Shown here: positions 1 to 11,698 of the stretch, piece after piece
Numbering within the stretch: the first letter of the stretch is position 1
Layout: the number at the start of each line of letters is the position of its first letter
Source: Neoechinorhynchus agilis
Taxonomy: Eukaryota > Animalia > Acanthocephala
Assembly: GCA_051530055.1 (NCBI GenBank)
Contig: CM121343.1
Coordinates: forward strand, 6,108,389 to 6,172,388
DNA: 64,000 bases
Reading direction: 5' to 3'
Translations under genes and position numbers: made by a program
Notes under the pieces: model-generated
The model's database searches: none
Told to the model about the DNA's origin: nothing
The model's input: only the letters and a program-made list of their open reading frames with translations

Positions 1-960
1 AAAGATAAAAACAAATCCACTAATTAATTTACTTCCCGAAGAACATGTAGATTTCAAATAATTTCTTGAGCTTAAATGAAGTAAGAAAACTTGGTGAAAA
101 ATTCAAATGATGCCTTCTGCCACTTTTTCCCCATTGCATTCGGAAGTTCTGATGCTTTTCTGTGACTAAAATAGTTTTTAAAAAAAGATAAAAACAAATC
201 CACTAATTAATTTACTTCCCGAAGAACATGTAGATTTCAAATAATTTCTTGAGCTTAAATGAAGTAAGAAAACTTGGTGAAAAATTCAAATGATGCTTTC
301 TGCCACAATTTTCCCCGTTGCATTCGGGCGTTCTGATGTTTTTCTGTGACTAAAATAGTTTTTAAAAAAAGATAAAAACAAATCCACTAATTAATTTACT
401 TCCCGAAGAACATGTAGATTTCAAATAATTTCTTGAGCTTAAATGAAGTAAGAAAACTTGGTGAAAAATTCAAATGATGCCTTCTGCCACTTTTTCCCCC
501 ATTGCATTCGGAAGTTCTAATGCTTTTCTGTGACTAAAATAGTTTAAAAAAAAAGATAAAAACAAATCCACTAATTAATTTACTTCCCGAAGAACATGTA
601 GATTTGAAATTATTTCTTAGGCTGAGCTTAAATGAAGTAAGGAAAGTAGGTGAAAAATTCAAATGATGCCTTCTGCCACTTTTTTCTCGACTGCATTCGG
701 AAATTCTGATGCTTTTCTATGTCTAAAATAGTTTTTAAAAAAAGATAAAAACAAATCCAGTAATTAATTTACTTCCCGAAGAACATGTAGATTTCAAATA
801 CTTTCTTGAGCTTAAATGAAGTAAGAAAACTTCGTGAAAAAATTCAAATGATGCCTTCTGCCACTTTTTTCTCCATTGCATTTGGAAATTCTGATGCTTT
901 TCTGTGACTAAAATGGTTTAAAAGAGAGATAAAGCAAATCCACAGATTCATTTACTAATC
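1..960. repeat. Tandem array, unit about 184 bp, about 5 copies, runs off the left edge
   Basis: GATAAAAACAAATCC recurs at 4, 186, 371, 555 and 744, with a degenerate copy at about 928. Confidence 0.95.
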
Positions 961-3900
961 CAAAGAGATCATTTTTTGTCGATGATAACTAACTATTCCA
1001 GTATGAAACGTTTTTAAATGTTTGAAATAGCTTCTAGAACTTAGAGCTCAATTTAAATGAAACAAGAAAATCCTCAAAAAAGTAAGATTGTTCAAAATTG
1101 AACAAATAGACTGATACGAAATGATTAATTCTTAACACCCGCTAAGAATCGGGAATGGGCGTTCCTAGTCCGAAAAGTAGATATAAAAATAGTGTATTTT
1201 TGGATAAATTTGATATTTGTAGACAATAATGTTGCTTATTATAGCTTAATGCAGATAAGAATGCTACGACCACATAACCGCATTCCATCTTAGACAGTTT
1301 TAATAGTACGGATGCTTGAAGGTAATCCAATGCCGCAATATGCTTACATTGTATCAAGGTTTCAAAACAAGATTTAATATATCATCTTGTCCAGAAAATA
1401 AACCGATCAAAGACATTCTTCTAAAAATTATGAGATTCTAAAAAAACACAAAGAATTTCCTTTTTAATTTAAAATTATTTGGGGGGGGCGAATTGGGGCC
1501 GTAGAATGATGAAAGAAGGGGCCGGCGACACCCTTTTATTCCAAACTGAAAATCGTTTCCAATTTGAGGCTCGAGTAAGTGGAAATGCCATTTCGCAGCT
1601 AACCAAAATAAACATTTTTTACCCTGAGACTCTTCAACACTCGTATTTCGATTCGGCATGCTTCGTTCTTGCCGTATTCCCCAAAACCCATAAGTTTTAC
1701 ATCACTTATTCAAAATGGAACATAACCCACACGCGATAAAGCAAACTTCCGAAGAAGTCTAATGAAATCTCCTATTCTGATGTTTTTCATTCTCACAAAA
1801 ATTCATGATTCCAATGCAAATAGCACGGAAGAATCGGCGTTTCCTTTTGAGCACAATTTAAAACTTGATTTCCGATGCTCGCGGCAGTGTTTTGCATACC
1901 TCGACTTCAATCCTTGCGTAGTTATCTCGAAAATGGCGGTTATATTCAGTGTTCGTCACTTTATGGTCGCTTGTCGGAACTCTTCTTAGTGGGAACGTCT
2001 TTGCAGTGAGTATTCGCTCTTGGAATCGAGAAACTCGAGTCGCATGTTCCCAGACGATTAATATAGTGTAAAATATGGTAATTAAGTCGCTAATTGCGCG
2101 CTCATTGGCTACAGAGTCTTACGCTTTAGTGCATCAAGCCAAAATATGTTGATGAGCTTCTTGTGATGGTTTACTTCGCAAAACCCACTATGAGAATTAT
2201 GGCGCCTTAACAGAACTTCAAAGCTCAACTTTGTCTTTTTCCAACGACGAATTCGTCGACACATCCAAATGGTTTCTTACAATCTGAGAATTATTGTAGA
2301 TTCTCATTGGACCTCAAACATCTTTTCTATATTTAAAGATCGGATAAAAACAACTGAATCTGAAATTTGGATAAGTTTGAAGAGAATAAATATGTCTTTT
2401 TGATGAATTAAAAAGTTATACGAAACATACAAGGTAGATTTTTCTCAAAAGCTCTCATGACTATTCTATTTAATCGCACAGTCAAACATCGATCAGATTG
2501 AAGGTCGTTGGACAATGTCTTCACAGCTGATTGGGTGAGCTAGAACCCACGAACTTTATTTCCATCGTCAGAGGTTTTTTTGGAGAGCGCCAATTGGACA
2601 AAACAATTCCTAGACCCGTTAAAAACCCATTTTCGCTAATAAAACTTAAATTAATTGAGTAAACTTTGTAGAAACAATTAATAAGTACTCTATAATGTGA
2701 TTCGTTAAAGATATGTTTTACACAATGTCACATTCCAAGGCTTTTTGTCTAATTCGCTGTCGCACGCAGTAGTCGCCTTTAGTTTGTACCGGTAATCATC
2801 GGAAAAAAGAGACGCAAATTGATTTTAATCAGCATAAATGCAACGATGAACGGTTCACTAGCGTGATTTTTTAAAAGAAGGCAAAAAAAGCACAACCCAA
2901 TGAAATTATTATTCGTGTTCGAAAGTAAATCACAAACTTAAAATCATCGACGAAAAATCGTTATAAAATCACGAAGCGCTTTTTTTTACATTTTTAGAAC
3001 AAGAATGCGTAAACCTTATATTGTGATTGGACGATACTAAAAACGCCCTTCCTATTCGTCTTGGAACCACTAACGTTTCAATTTTTTTAATAACAAGTCT
3101 CACATCGTTAAATACGTTGAACGAAGACTCATAGCTGCATCCTACTCCCTTCTGTCTGTTTTACGTGACGCAGCATGTCTTTCAGTGCCGCACTCACATT
3201 CGGCATTAAATGACTTGATTTCAAGCTCGTCATTTGTCTATTAAAGACAATCTTTATCGATCTCATATGACGTATTATTGTTCTACCGCGTGTTACTTTC
3301 TAAAAGGTGCCATAATTTCTTAGAAAATTCCCTCTTTTCAACTATAACTTTTTCAGATTAATTTCTTCATCTTAATATTAATTTTTCCAAATTAGTACGC
3401 CCTCGTAAAACTACTCGAAATTCATTGTTCACGAATTTGCATATAATTATGCGCGTCGTACAATTGAGTACCAGAACTTATCAAGAACGAAAAAAATCGC
3501 TTATAGAATTGGACACAGCAAAATAATCCGATTTTCTATTTAATGTTAGTCACTTGTGTGTGTATATTTTTTCAACAATCGCAACGAACGTTAATTACCA
3601 GTATCGCGTTTTTTTACTTTTTCGCGCTATGTGGTCGTATTTTTTTTCAAAATAATTTCAGTCGAAAATTCCATTTCTAAGTGGGGATTTAAACATGAAT
3701 ACCCTATCGCTGTTAACGACTTTTAAGCAGGTTTGTTTTCTCGAATTTAAGTAACGAATAAAACATGTTTCATAAATTGCCCGTATTTTTCGACTAGGTA
3801 ATTCTTATATTTTCGGCCTCATCCGGAAATTAGTTTTTTAATCCCTGAATATTGTGGAATTTGTCAATTAGACATTGAATGGCGAATGGTCTAAAGTGTG

Positions 3901-4736
3901 ATTTAGACAACGAATTTCCATGTCGTGCATTTAAAATGTTTAAAGATTGAACTATTCATGGTTGTTTATGGTGTAAAAATGAAATTATTAATTCCGAAAT
4001 ATCGGATATTTAATATAAAAAAATTACGGCATAAACAAACTTGTATTAAATATAAATTATATGAGTCTTGAACAAATTTTAATCATCAATTGTATAGATA
4101 TAAAATAAACATTTTTAACAACCATTTTAACGAACGGTTTGAAAACTACATGACTTTTTCGATAAAAGATACACGATAATTTTACTGGTCATTAGTAGGA
4201 GCCTATAGTTTTCAAAGTTCACACTTGAAGCGAGGATGAGATATTTGGGGAAATCAGTTTTGGTGCCGTGTACTAGATAATGACCAATTAGTGGTTACCT
4301 CTACACGCTCCATTGCCCAATGGTTTTGTGTTACCTTTTGAAATTTGAAGTTGGACGATCAGTGGAGATCATTTGGTCCAAAGGAAATAACGCCACTTCC
4401 ACACGTGTCAGTTGCCTTTTACCATAAACCTTTCGATTAGCCGGCGACACTGGTCCGCTTACATATATAATGTTTTTCATCGTTGCCGCTGACCACTTTT
4501 ACGGCGGCGGCGGCAACAAAAACTGGCCTATTGTAATGAATTTGATTTTCAATAATACGTCCATATTGAAGCGGTCGATTTAAGCGCCCTTCGTCACCGG
4601 TTTCGCCTTGATTGCGGCTGGTGTAAAATTCGTTTTCGTTTGCTGGATGAGTGTTGGTTTTTTGTAAGAGTGAACTGGGGAGGTGCGCGTGGAATTGTTT
4701 TTTGTCCACTTTAGACTTTCAGAATAAGAGAAAAAT

Positions 4737-7076
4737 ATGAGCACCGAGATCGCGAGTCAGTCTTCGAATACCATAACACCTTCGGAAATACCGGCACCTC
4801 ACGCTTCACCGCCGTCCAGTACAACCACTGTAGCTTCATCCCGCACCAGCGGAACGTCCAATGGACCAGCGTCGGTCGCGTCAGGTCCAAGTGCGATGCA
4901 AACGGCGGTACCATTACCTTCAGGAGATTCCGCAGAAGGACCAGAAATGACTGAACAAAACGGCGGACAAATAACGAACCAACTTGCATTGGGTCAGGAG
5001 CTGTTCCCTCCAACTACTCTCTATGTGGGAGATCTCGATCTTGAAGTGGATGAGCAGATTCTTTGGCAAAAGTTTTCATCTTGCGGCCCGATCTACTCCA
5101 TTCGAGTCTGCAGGGATTTCCTGAGCACTCAGTCTTTAGGTTATGCTTACGTTAACTTTCAAAATAGCTCAGACGCCGAAAATGCGTTGAGGTTACTGAA
5201 CTATGAAGTTCTGATCAGGCGGCCAATGCGGATTATGTGGTCGGAGAAGGATCCCAGTCTTCGTCGTTCAGGTGTCGGTAATATCTTTATTAAGAACCTA
5301 AATAAGACAATCACTGCCAAGGAGTTGCATGATACATTTATTTCATTTGGCCGAATCATGTCGTGTAAAATCATGTTAGATGATAACGGGCAATCAAAAG
5401 GATTTGGTTTCATCCATTTTGATAACCAAAAATCTGCGGATGAAGCTATTGGGAAGGTCAATGGTATGCTTGTGAAGGATAAGAAAGTTTACGTTGCCAA
5501 GTTTAAGCCCAAGATTGAACGGTTACGAGAGATGGACGGAAAGGAGCAAAGGTTCAACAACATATATATTAAGAATTTCGGCAATATGTTTACTGACGAC
5601 TCCTTGAAACAATTATTTGAAAAATTTGGACCAATTATAAGCGCGAAAGTGATGACAAACGAAGCTAATGAGAGCAGAGGCTTTGGTTTTGTATCCTTTC
5701 ACGATCCAGATCACGCTAAGAAAGCCGTCGAGGAAATGAATGGCTACAAATTGGACGAAAACCACGAAATGTACGTGGCTCGAGCTCAGAAAAAGCAAGA
5801 ACGTGCAAGTATTCTTAAGCAACAATATGAACAAATGCGAAGAGAGCGACTTGATAAAACTAGAGGAATCAACTTGTATGTAAAGCATTTTAATCACACT
5901 GTCGATGATGCCGCTCTGCATTCCCTTTTTGAAAGATTTGGACATATCACTAGCGCTAAGGTTATGCGGAATGAGAATGGGACTTCTAGAGAGTTTGGTT
6001 TTGTCTGCTTCTCGCAACCTGAAGAGGCCACTAGAGCCCTCACTGAAATGAACGGGAAAGTGGTATACGACGGGAAACCTTTATATGTTGCCTTATCACA
6101 AACAAAAGAAGAAAGAAGAGCCAATCTGAGGATCAACTTTGGACGTCGGGCTGCTCGTCAATTCCGTCCAATTCAAATGCCACCTAACCAACAACCTCCC
6201 TATGGACAACAACACCCGGCTACCTACATGAACAACATTAATCCGGCAACTGCGTTGTACCAGCAAAATCCAGCAGCAATGGCCGCTACTTTTCAACATA
6301 TGACTAATTTAAGTCCGTTGCAGCATCTTATGCAACAAATGCCAACAGGACAACTGTATCAGCAGGCTAGTCCTATGATCCATCATCATCAACAACAGCA
6401 ACAACAACAACAACAACGGAATTTCTACCAACCAACCAATTATAACCGGCAAACAATGTCATCAACTAGAAATTTACCACAGACTCTTAATTCAGTCAGG
6501 ACTCACGGATTAAGTGCAACACGAAATCTCCAGCAGCAGCAACAACAATTTGCATCGATGGCTGCAGCCGCTGCTACTGGGCAGCATTTAATTAACTCGG
6601 CTGTGGTATCGAATGCATACCAACAACAACAACAGCAACCAAGTAACGTCAATATTCCAGCTAATTTGCTCAATGGTCAATCTCAGCAGCAGCACCATAA
6701 TGTTCGTCTGAACAATACTAGAGCACCCTCAAGACGATTTCCAAATCCAGGACCGTTCTTACGAAATGCACAAGTAAATGGTGCCGCTATTAATCCAACC
6801 AGTTTCCCACTTGCAAACGTTCATTTGTGGCAACAGCAGTCATTGAACCCTCACCATAATCCACACCATCAGCAACAGGCCCAGTTCCAACAGGTAGTCG
6901 CCCATCATCCGGGAGGTGCACATCAACCGCATCAGCAGTACCTTAACGCTGGAACTGCGGCGGTTGTCAATAACAACGAGAACCCCCATGCGGTGAATGG
7001 ACACGACCGCTCAGGGTACGGAAACCTATTCCGTCAATTTGATCCGAACGCAAACGGAATCAATCAATCCCAGTAA
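4737..7076 (+). CDS. PABPC: Cytoplasmic poly(A)-binding protein: 4 RRMs plus a long Q/N/H-rich tail, no MLLE domain, intronless
   Basis: 779-aa ORF with PABP RRM motifs TLYVGDL, SLGYAYVNF, LRRSGVGNIFIKNL, SKGFGFIHF, SRGFGFVSF, NLYVKH and KPLYVALSQ. Confidence 0.95.
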   Translation: MSTEIASQSSNTITPSEIPAPHASPPSSTTTVASSRTSGTSNGPASVASGPSAMQTAVPLPSGDSAEGPEMTEQNGGQITNQLALGQELFPPTTLYVGDLDLEVDEQILWQKFSSCGPIYSIRVCRDFLSTQSLGYAYVNFQNSSDAENALRLLNYEVLIRRPMRIMWSEKDPSLRRSGVGNIFIKNLNKTITAKELHDTFISFGRIMSCKIMLDDNGQSKGFGFIHFDNQKSADEAIGKVNGMLVKDKKVYVAKFKPKIERLREMDGKEQRFNNIYIKNFGNMFTDDSLKQLFEKFGPIISAKVMTNEANESRGFGFVSFHDPDHAKKAVEEMNGYKLDENHEMYVARAQKKQERASILKQQYEQMRRERLDKTRGINLYVKHFNHTVDDAALHSLFERFGHITSAKVMRNENGTSREFGFVCFSQPEEATRALTEMNGKVVYDGKPLYVALSQTKEERRANLRINFGRRAARQFRPIQMPPNQQPPYGQQHPATYMNNINPATALYQQNPAAMAATFQHMTNLSPLQHLMQQMPTGQLYQQASPMIHHHQQQQQQQQQRNFYQPTNYNRQTMSSTRNLPQTLNSVRTHGLSATRNLQQQQQQFASMAAAAATGQHLINSAVVSNAYQQQQQQPSNVNIPANLLNGQSQQQHHNVRLNNTRAPSRRFPNPGPFLRNAQVNGAAINPTSFPLANVHLWQQQSLNPHHNPHHQQQAQFQQVVAHHPGGAHQPHQQYLNAGTAAVVNNNENPHAVNGHDRSGYGNLFRQFDPNANGINQSQ

Positions 7077-7275
7077 AATACTGGCGAATGTGAGAGAGAG
7101 CGGGATCCATAGGGGACACTAGATATAGAAGATATGTGTGTGTGCCAAAAAGATATGCATTTATGGGAATATTCTCATACCCATATCTATGCCGGATCTC
7201 CACACACACACAACAAAAATGTGTTCCACGCGTTCAAAATGATCTTGACGTGTGGATGCACTATAGAAAAAAACC

Positions 7276-8908
7276 GAAATCGATGTGATTCGTAGTTTGT
7301 AAGAATGGAGAGGGCAAATATTGGTGGAGGGATGTGCCGAATTCTCTAATATACAAATCAATGACCGGGAAATTCTTCGGAGAAATTTCCCCGTTTCTTC
7401 CACTTTTATATTGGAATTTAAATAGTCCAAAAATACATTAGAATCTCACGAGTTCAAGAAAAATTACTTCAGTGCGAGAAACGCATTCCGTCATCAAAAA
7501 GACATAATCGAAATCGATGTGATTCGTAGTTTTTGAGAATGGAGAGGGCAAATATTGGTGGAGGGATTTGCCGAATTCTCTAATATACAAATCAATGACA
7601 GGGAAATTCTTCGGAGAAATTTCCCCGTTTCTCCCACTTTTATATTGGAATTTAAGTAGCCCAAAAGTACATTAGAATCTCACGAGTTCAAGAAAACTTA
7701 GTTTATTGCGGGAAACGCATTCCGTCGTCAAAAAAGACATAATCGAAATCGATGTGATTCGTAGTTTGTAAGAATGGAGAGGGCAAATATTAATCGAGGG
7801 ATTTGCCGAATTCTCTAATATACAAATCAATGACCGGGAAATTCTTCGCAGAAATTTCCCATTTGTCTCACTTTTGTAATGGAATTTAAGTAGTCCAAAA
7901 ATACATTAGAATCTCAAGAGTTCAAGAAAAATTATTTATTGCGAGAAACGCATTGCGTCATCAAAAAGACAATCGAAATCGATATGACTCGTAGTTTGTG
8001 AGAATGGAGAGGGCAAATATTGGTCGAGGGATTTGCCGAATTCTCTAATATACAAATCTATGATTGGGAAATTCTTCGGAGAAATTTCCTATTTGTCTCA
8101 CTTTTCTAATGGAATTTAAGTAGTCCAAAAATACATTAGAATCTCACGAGTTCAAGAAAAATGAGTTTATTGCGAGAAACGCATTCGGTCATCAAAAAGA
8201 CATAATCGAAATCGACGTGACTCGTAGTTTGTGAGAATGTAGAGGGCAAATATTGGCCGAGGGATTTGCCGAATTCTCTAATATACAAATCTATGATTGG
8301 GAAATTCTTCGGAGAAATTTCCCATTTGTCTCACTTTTGTATTGGAATTTAAGTAGTTCAAAAATACATTAGAATCTCACGAGTTCAAGAAAAATTACTT
8401 TAGTGCGAGAAACGCATTCGGTCATCAAAAATACAGTCGAAATCGATGTGACTCGTAGTTTTTGAGAATAGAGAGGGCAAATATTGGTGGAGGGATGCGC
8501 CGAATTCCCTAATATACAAATCAATGACAGGGAAATTCTTCGGAGAAATTTCCCCGTTTCTTCCACTTTTATATTGGAATTTAAATAGTCCAAAAATACA
8601 TTAGAATCTCACGAGTTCAAGAAAAATTACTTCAGTGCGAGAAACGCATTCCGTCATCAAAAATACAATCGAAATCGATGTCACTCGTAGTTTTTGAGAA
8701 TAGAGAGGGCAAATATTGGTGGAGGGATGCGCCGAATTCCCTAATATACAAATCAATGACAGGGAAATTCTTCGGAGAAATTTCCCCGTTTCTCCCACTT
8801 TTATATTGGAATTTAAGTAGCCCAAAAGTACATTAGAATCTCACGAGTTCAAGAAAACTTAGTTTATTGCGGGAAACGCATTGTGTCACAAAAAAGACAT
8901 AATCGAAA
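7276..8908. repeat. Tandem array, unit about 233 bp, 7 copies
   Basis: GAAATCGA(T/C)(G/A)T starts at 7276, 7510, 7745, 7975, 8208, 8439 and 8671; the array ends near 8905. Confidence 0.95.
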
Positions 8909-9516
8909 AACATGAAATTTGCCATTTCTATTAAGAGGCAATCAAGGAATTTTCGTCAACTTTTACATTAAAATATTTATTGTGAAATTTAACCCAAAAA
9001 GGTATATTTTTGCGAATAAACGTATTAAGCCATCAAAGAAATGTTTTCTATTATAAACAATCTGAGAATTTTTGTCCGTTTAACATTAAATTAATCGCGT
9101 AAAGAATAAAATTCGATACATTGTTTCAATTTATAGCTATTTGTTTAAAAAAAGGAAATTTTATGCCTTGGCATTTCTTCAATTTTTTATAGAAATTCAA
9201 GCTTTTATGGTCATTTACATTGAATTCAATTAATAAAATTAAGAAATTTAAATGCAGAGGTCGAATTGCGCAGAACAAGACGAACTTGAAAAAACATCGC
9301 GAGTACCATCGATTTTTTAGTATACCACATCGAAAATTCTAGAATAGCGTGAATGGCTGCTTGATTTTCCAGGTACATATCTTAATTTTAATTTTAATTT
9401 AATTTGACATTTGCACGACCCAGATATAGTTGATGTATTTGCCTAGCTTCCACTAGTTCATCCCTCTTGTTGTTGATGAGGTGCATCCTAACTCATCCTC
9501 AGTTCTTTCCCGATTA

Positions 9517-10380
9517 GAACCCATCGCCTCTCCCGAAACCAACAGGACCTCCGCCGCTATTGCTAAATCAACCGAATCTCGGACTATATAAATGATCTCG
9601 GTAGAGAGGTTCACCTCGCCATCTGAATGGCACCGCGAATGGTGTTCTGCCTAAGGTGTGGCTGTTGGCGCACTGGCGCATTACGAACATGCTCCGTGTA
9701 ACTCGTTTGTACTGCGGTCGCCCCGTTTTCCCAGAACCCATCGCCTCTCCCGAAACAAACAGCACCTCCGCCGCTATTGCTAAATTCAGCGGGTCTCGGG
9801 CTATATAAATAATCTCGGTAGAAAGGTTCACCTCGCCATCTGAATGGCACCGCGAATGGTGTTCTGCCCAAGGTGTGGCTGTTGGCGCACTGGCGCATTA
9901 CGAACATGCTCCGTGTAACTCGTTTGTACTGCGGTCGCCCCGTTTTCCCAGAACCCATCGCCTCTCCCGAAACCAACAGCACCTCCGCCGCTATTGCTAA
10001 ATCCACCGAGTCTCGGGCTATATAAATGATCTCGGTAGAGAGGTTCACCTCGCCATCTGAATGGCACCGCGAATGGTGTTCTGCCCAAGGTGTGGCTGTT
10101 GGCGCACTGGCGCATTACGAACACGCTCCGTGTAACTCGTTTGCACTGCGGTCGCCCCGTTTTCCCAGAACCCATCGCCTCTCCCGAAACCAACAGCACC
10201 TCCGCCGCTATCGCTAAATCCACCGGGTCTCGGGCTATATAAATGATCTCGGTAGAGAGGTTCACCTCGCAATCTGAATGGCACCACGAATGGTGTTCTG
10301 CCCATGAACACTGGGGTTGAGCGCATTACGAACATGCTCCGTGTAACTCGTTTGTACTGCGGTCGCTCCGTATTACCAAT
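9517..10380 (-). repeat. 217-bp tandem array, 4 copies, left arm
   Basis: GAACCCATCGCCTCTCCCGAAAC recurs every 217 bp; it is the reverse complement of the right-arm unit. Confidence 0.95.
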
Positions 10381-10559
10381 GAATGTGACATAACGCCATT
10401 TCTTCATCTTTGCAACGTTCGCACGTCATCTTATACGCAACGCTGCGTTCTCTCCACGCCGCGCACCACCACATTGACCCTTCCTGTCCTTGCCTGGCGC
10501 AAATCTACACATCTTACGTGCGCTCCGGCATGAACTTGGTGCTTCATGATGTCCCCCCG

Positions 10560-11530
10560 TCTTCGTCATGATTCAGCGCTCGGCCGTTAACGCGCGTCCA
10601 TACACGATATCTCGGCTCTTGGCGATGGCTGTCAGTACGCTGGTTCAAAGGACAGCCTCATATGTACGAAACGTCGAGGAACTACTCGAAACTCTGCAAT
10701 CGCGGCCACGTGATGCTATGGGTAGCCGCGTCATGTCCTTTGATTTCGATTCGCTTTATACGAATGTGGACAACGAAACAGGAGTCAGAGCACTGAAGAA
10801 AAGGTTGCGAGAGTGCGAAGAGGATATCAATCTCTTTGGGGTGCAATCGCGCGATGTGATTCGTCTCACCCGGATGGTCTTGGATTGCAACCTTTTCCAA
10901 TATGGCAACGGGAAATAGTTTAGCTCTCGTTTTAGCTATCATTTTCCTTGATGATTTGGAAAGGCATAGCATCCTCCCACACCTTGCGTCGAGCCAAATT
11001 TATCTCCTCTATGTTGATGATATTTTGTTCACCTACAGAGAGGAGAGTGAGGCGAATAACGTGGCGTCCCGGTTGAATTTGATGGGTTCGGCTGGGCGAA
11101 TTAGAGATACCCGTTACCTGCCGTTCCTGAATCTATGTTTCAACGCCAATGATATAAGCGAATATAGTTGGTACCGCTAGCCGTGCAAGAAAGTCATCTT
11201 CATGCATCGAGATTCTCATCATCCTTGGGTGATAAAACATGCGATCTACGCTGAGATGCATCGGACTGCACGGACGTGCTCATCATTAATAGATGCGGAA
11301 CGAATGGCGGTTCAGGAAATCAATGAATTGTTGGCTCAGAATGGATACTCAGATCAGGAGATTAGAAGACTTCAATTACGCTCGTATGAGGCTAGCCAGC
11401 GAATAGTTGATGATCCCGAGAGGAATCGGCAAAAGTTAAAGCCATTCTAAAGATTATATTCGTTAGCGAGCAATTGACGAACGACATAAGACGACTGCTG
11501 CGAAGAGCGGGATTGGATGTTCGCCTGGTA
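10560..11530 (+). pseudogene. Frameshifted Penelope-type reverse transcriptase and thumb remnant
   Basis: Motifs across frames: SFDFDSLYTNV, MATGNSLALVLAIIF, LLYVDDILF, LPFLNL, FMHRDSHHP, LLAQNGYS. Confidence 0.88.
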
Positions 11531-11698
11531 CATGACGCACCAAGTTCATGCCGGAGCGCACGTAAGATGTGTAGATTTGCGCCAGGCAAGGACAAGAAGG
11601 GTCAATGTGGTGGTGCGCGGTGTGGAGAGAACGCAGCGTTGCGTATAAGATGACCTGCGAACGTTGCAAAGATGAAGAAATGGCGTTATGTCACATTC

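Noticed and set aside
1500-2400. Possible minus-strand exon ending at a GAG/GTATGC donor near 1900
   Set aside because: It is an open stretch of about 60 codons with no recognisable domain and no convincing gene model.
7161-8825. 74-89-aa minus-strand ORFs within the 233-bp array
   Set aside because: They are by-products of the repeat, interrupted in most units, with no recognisable domain.
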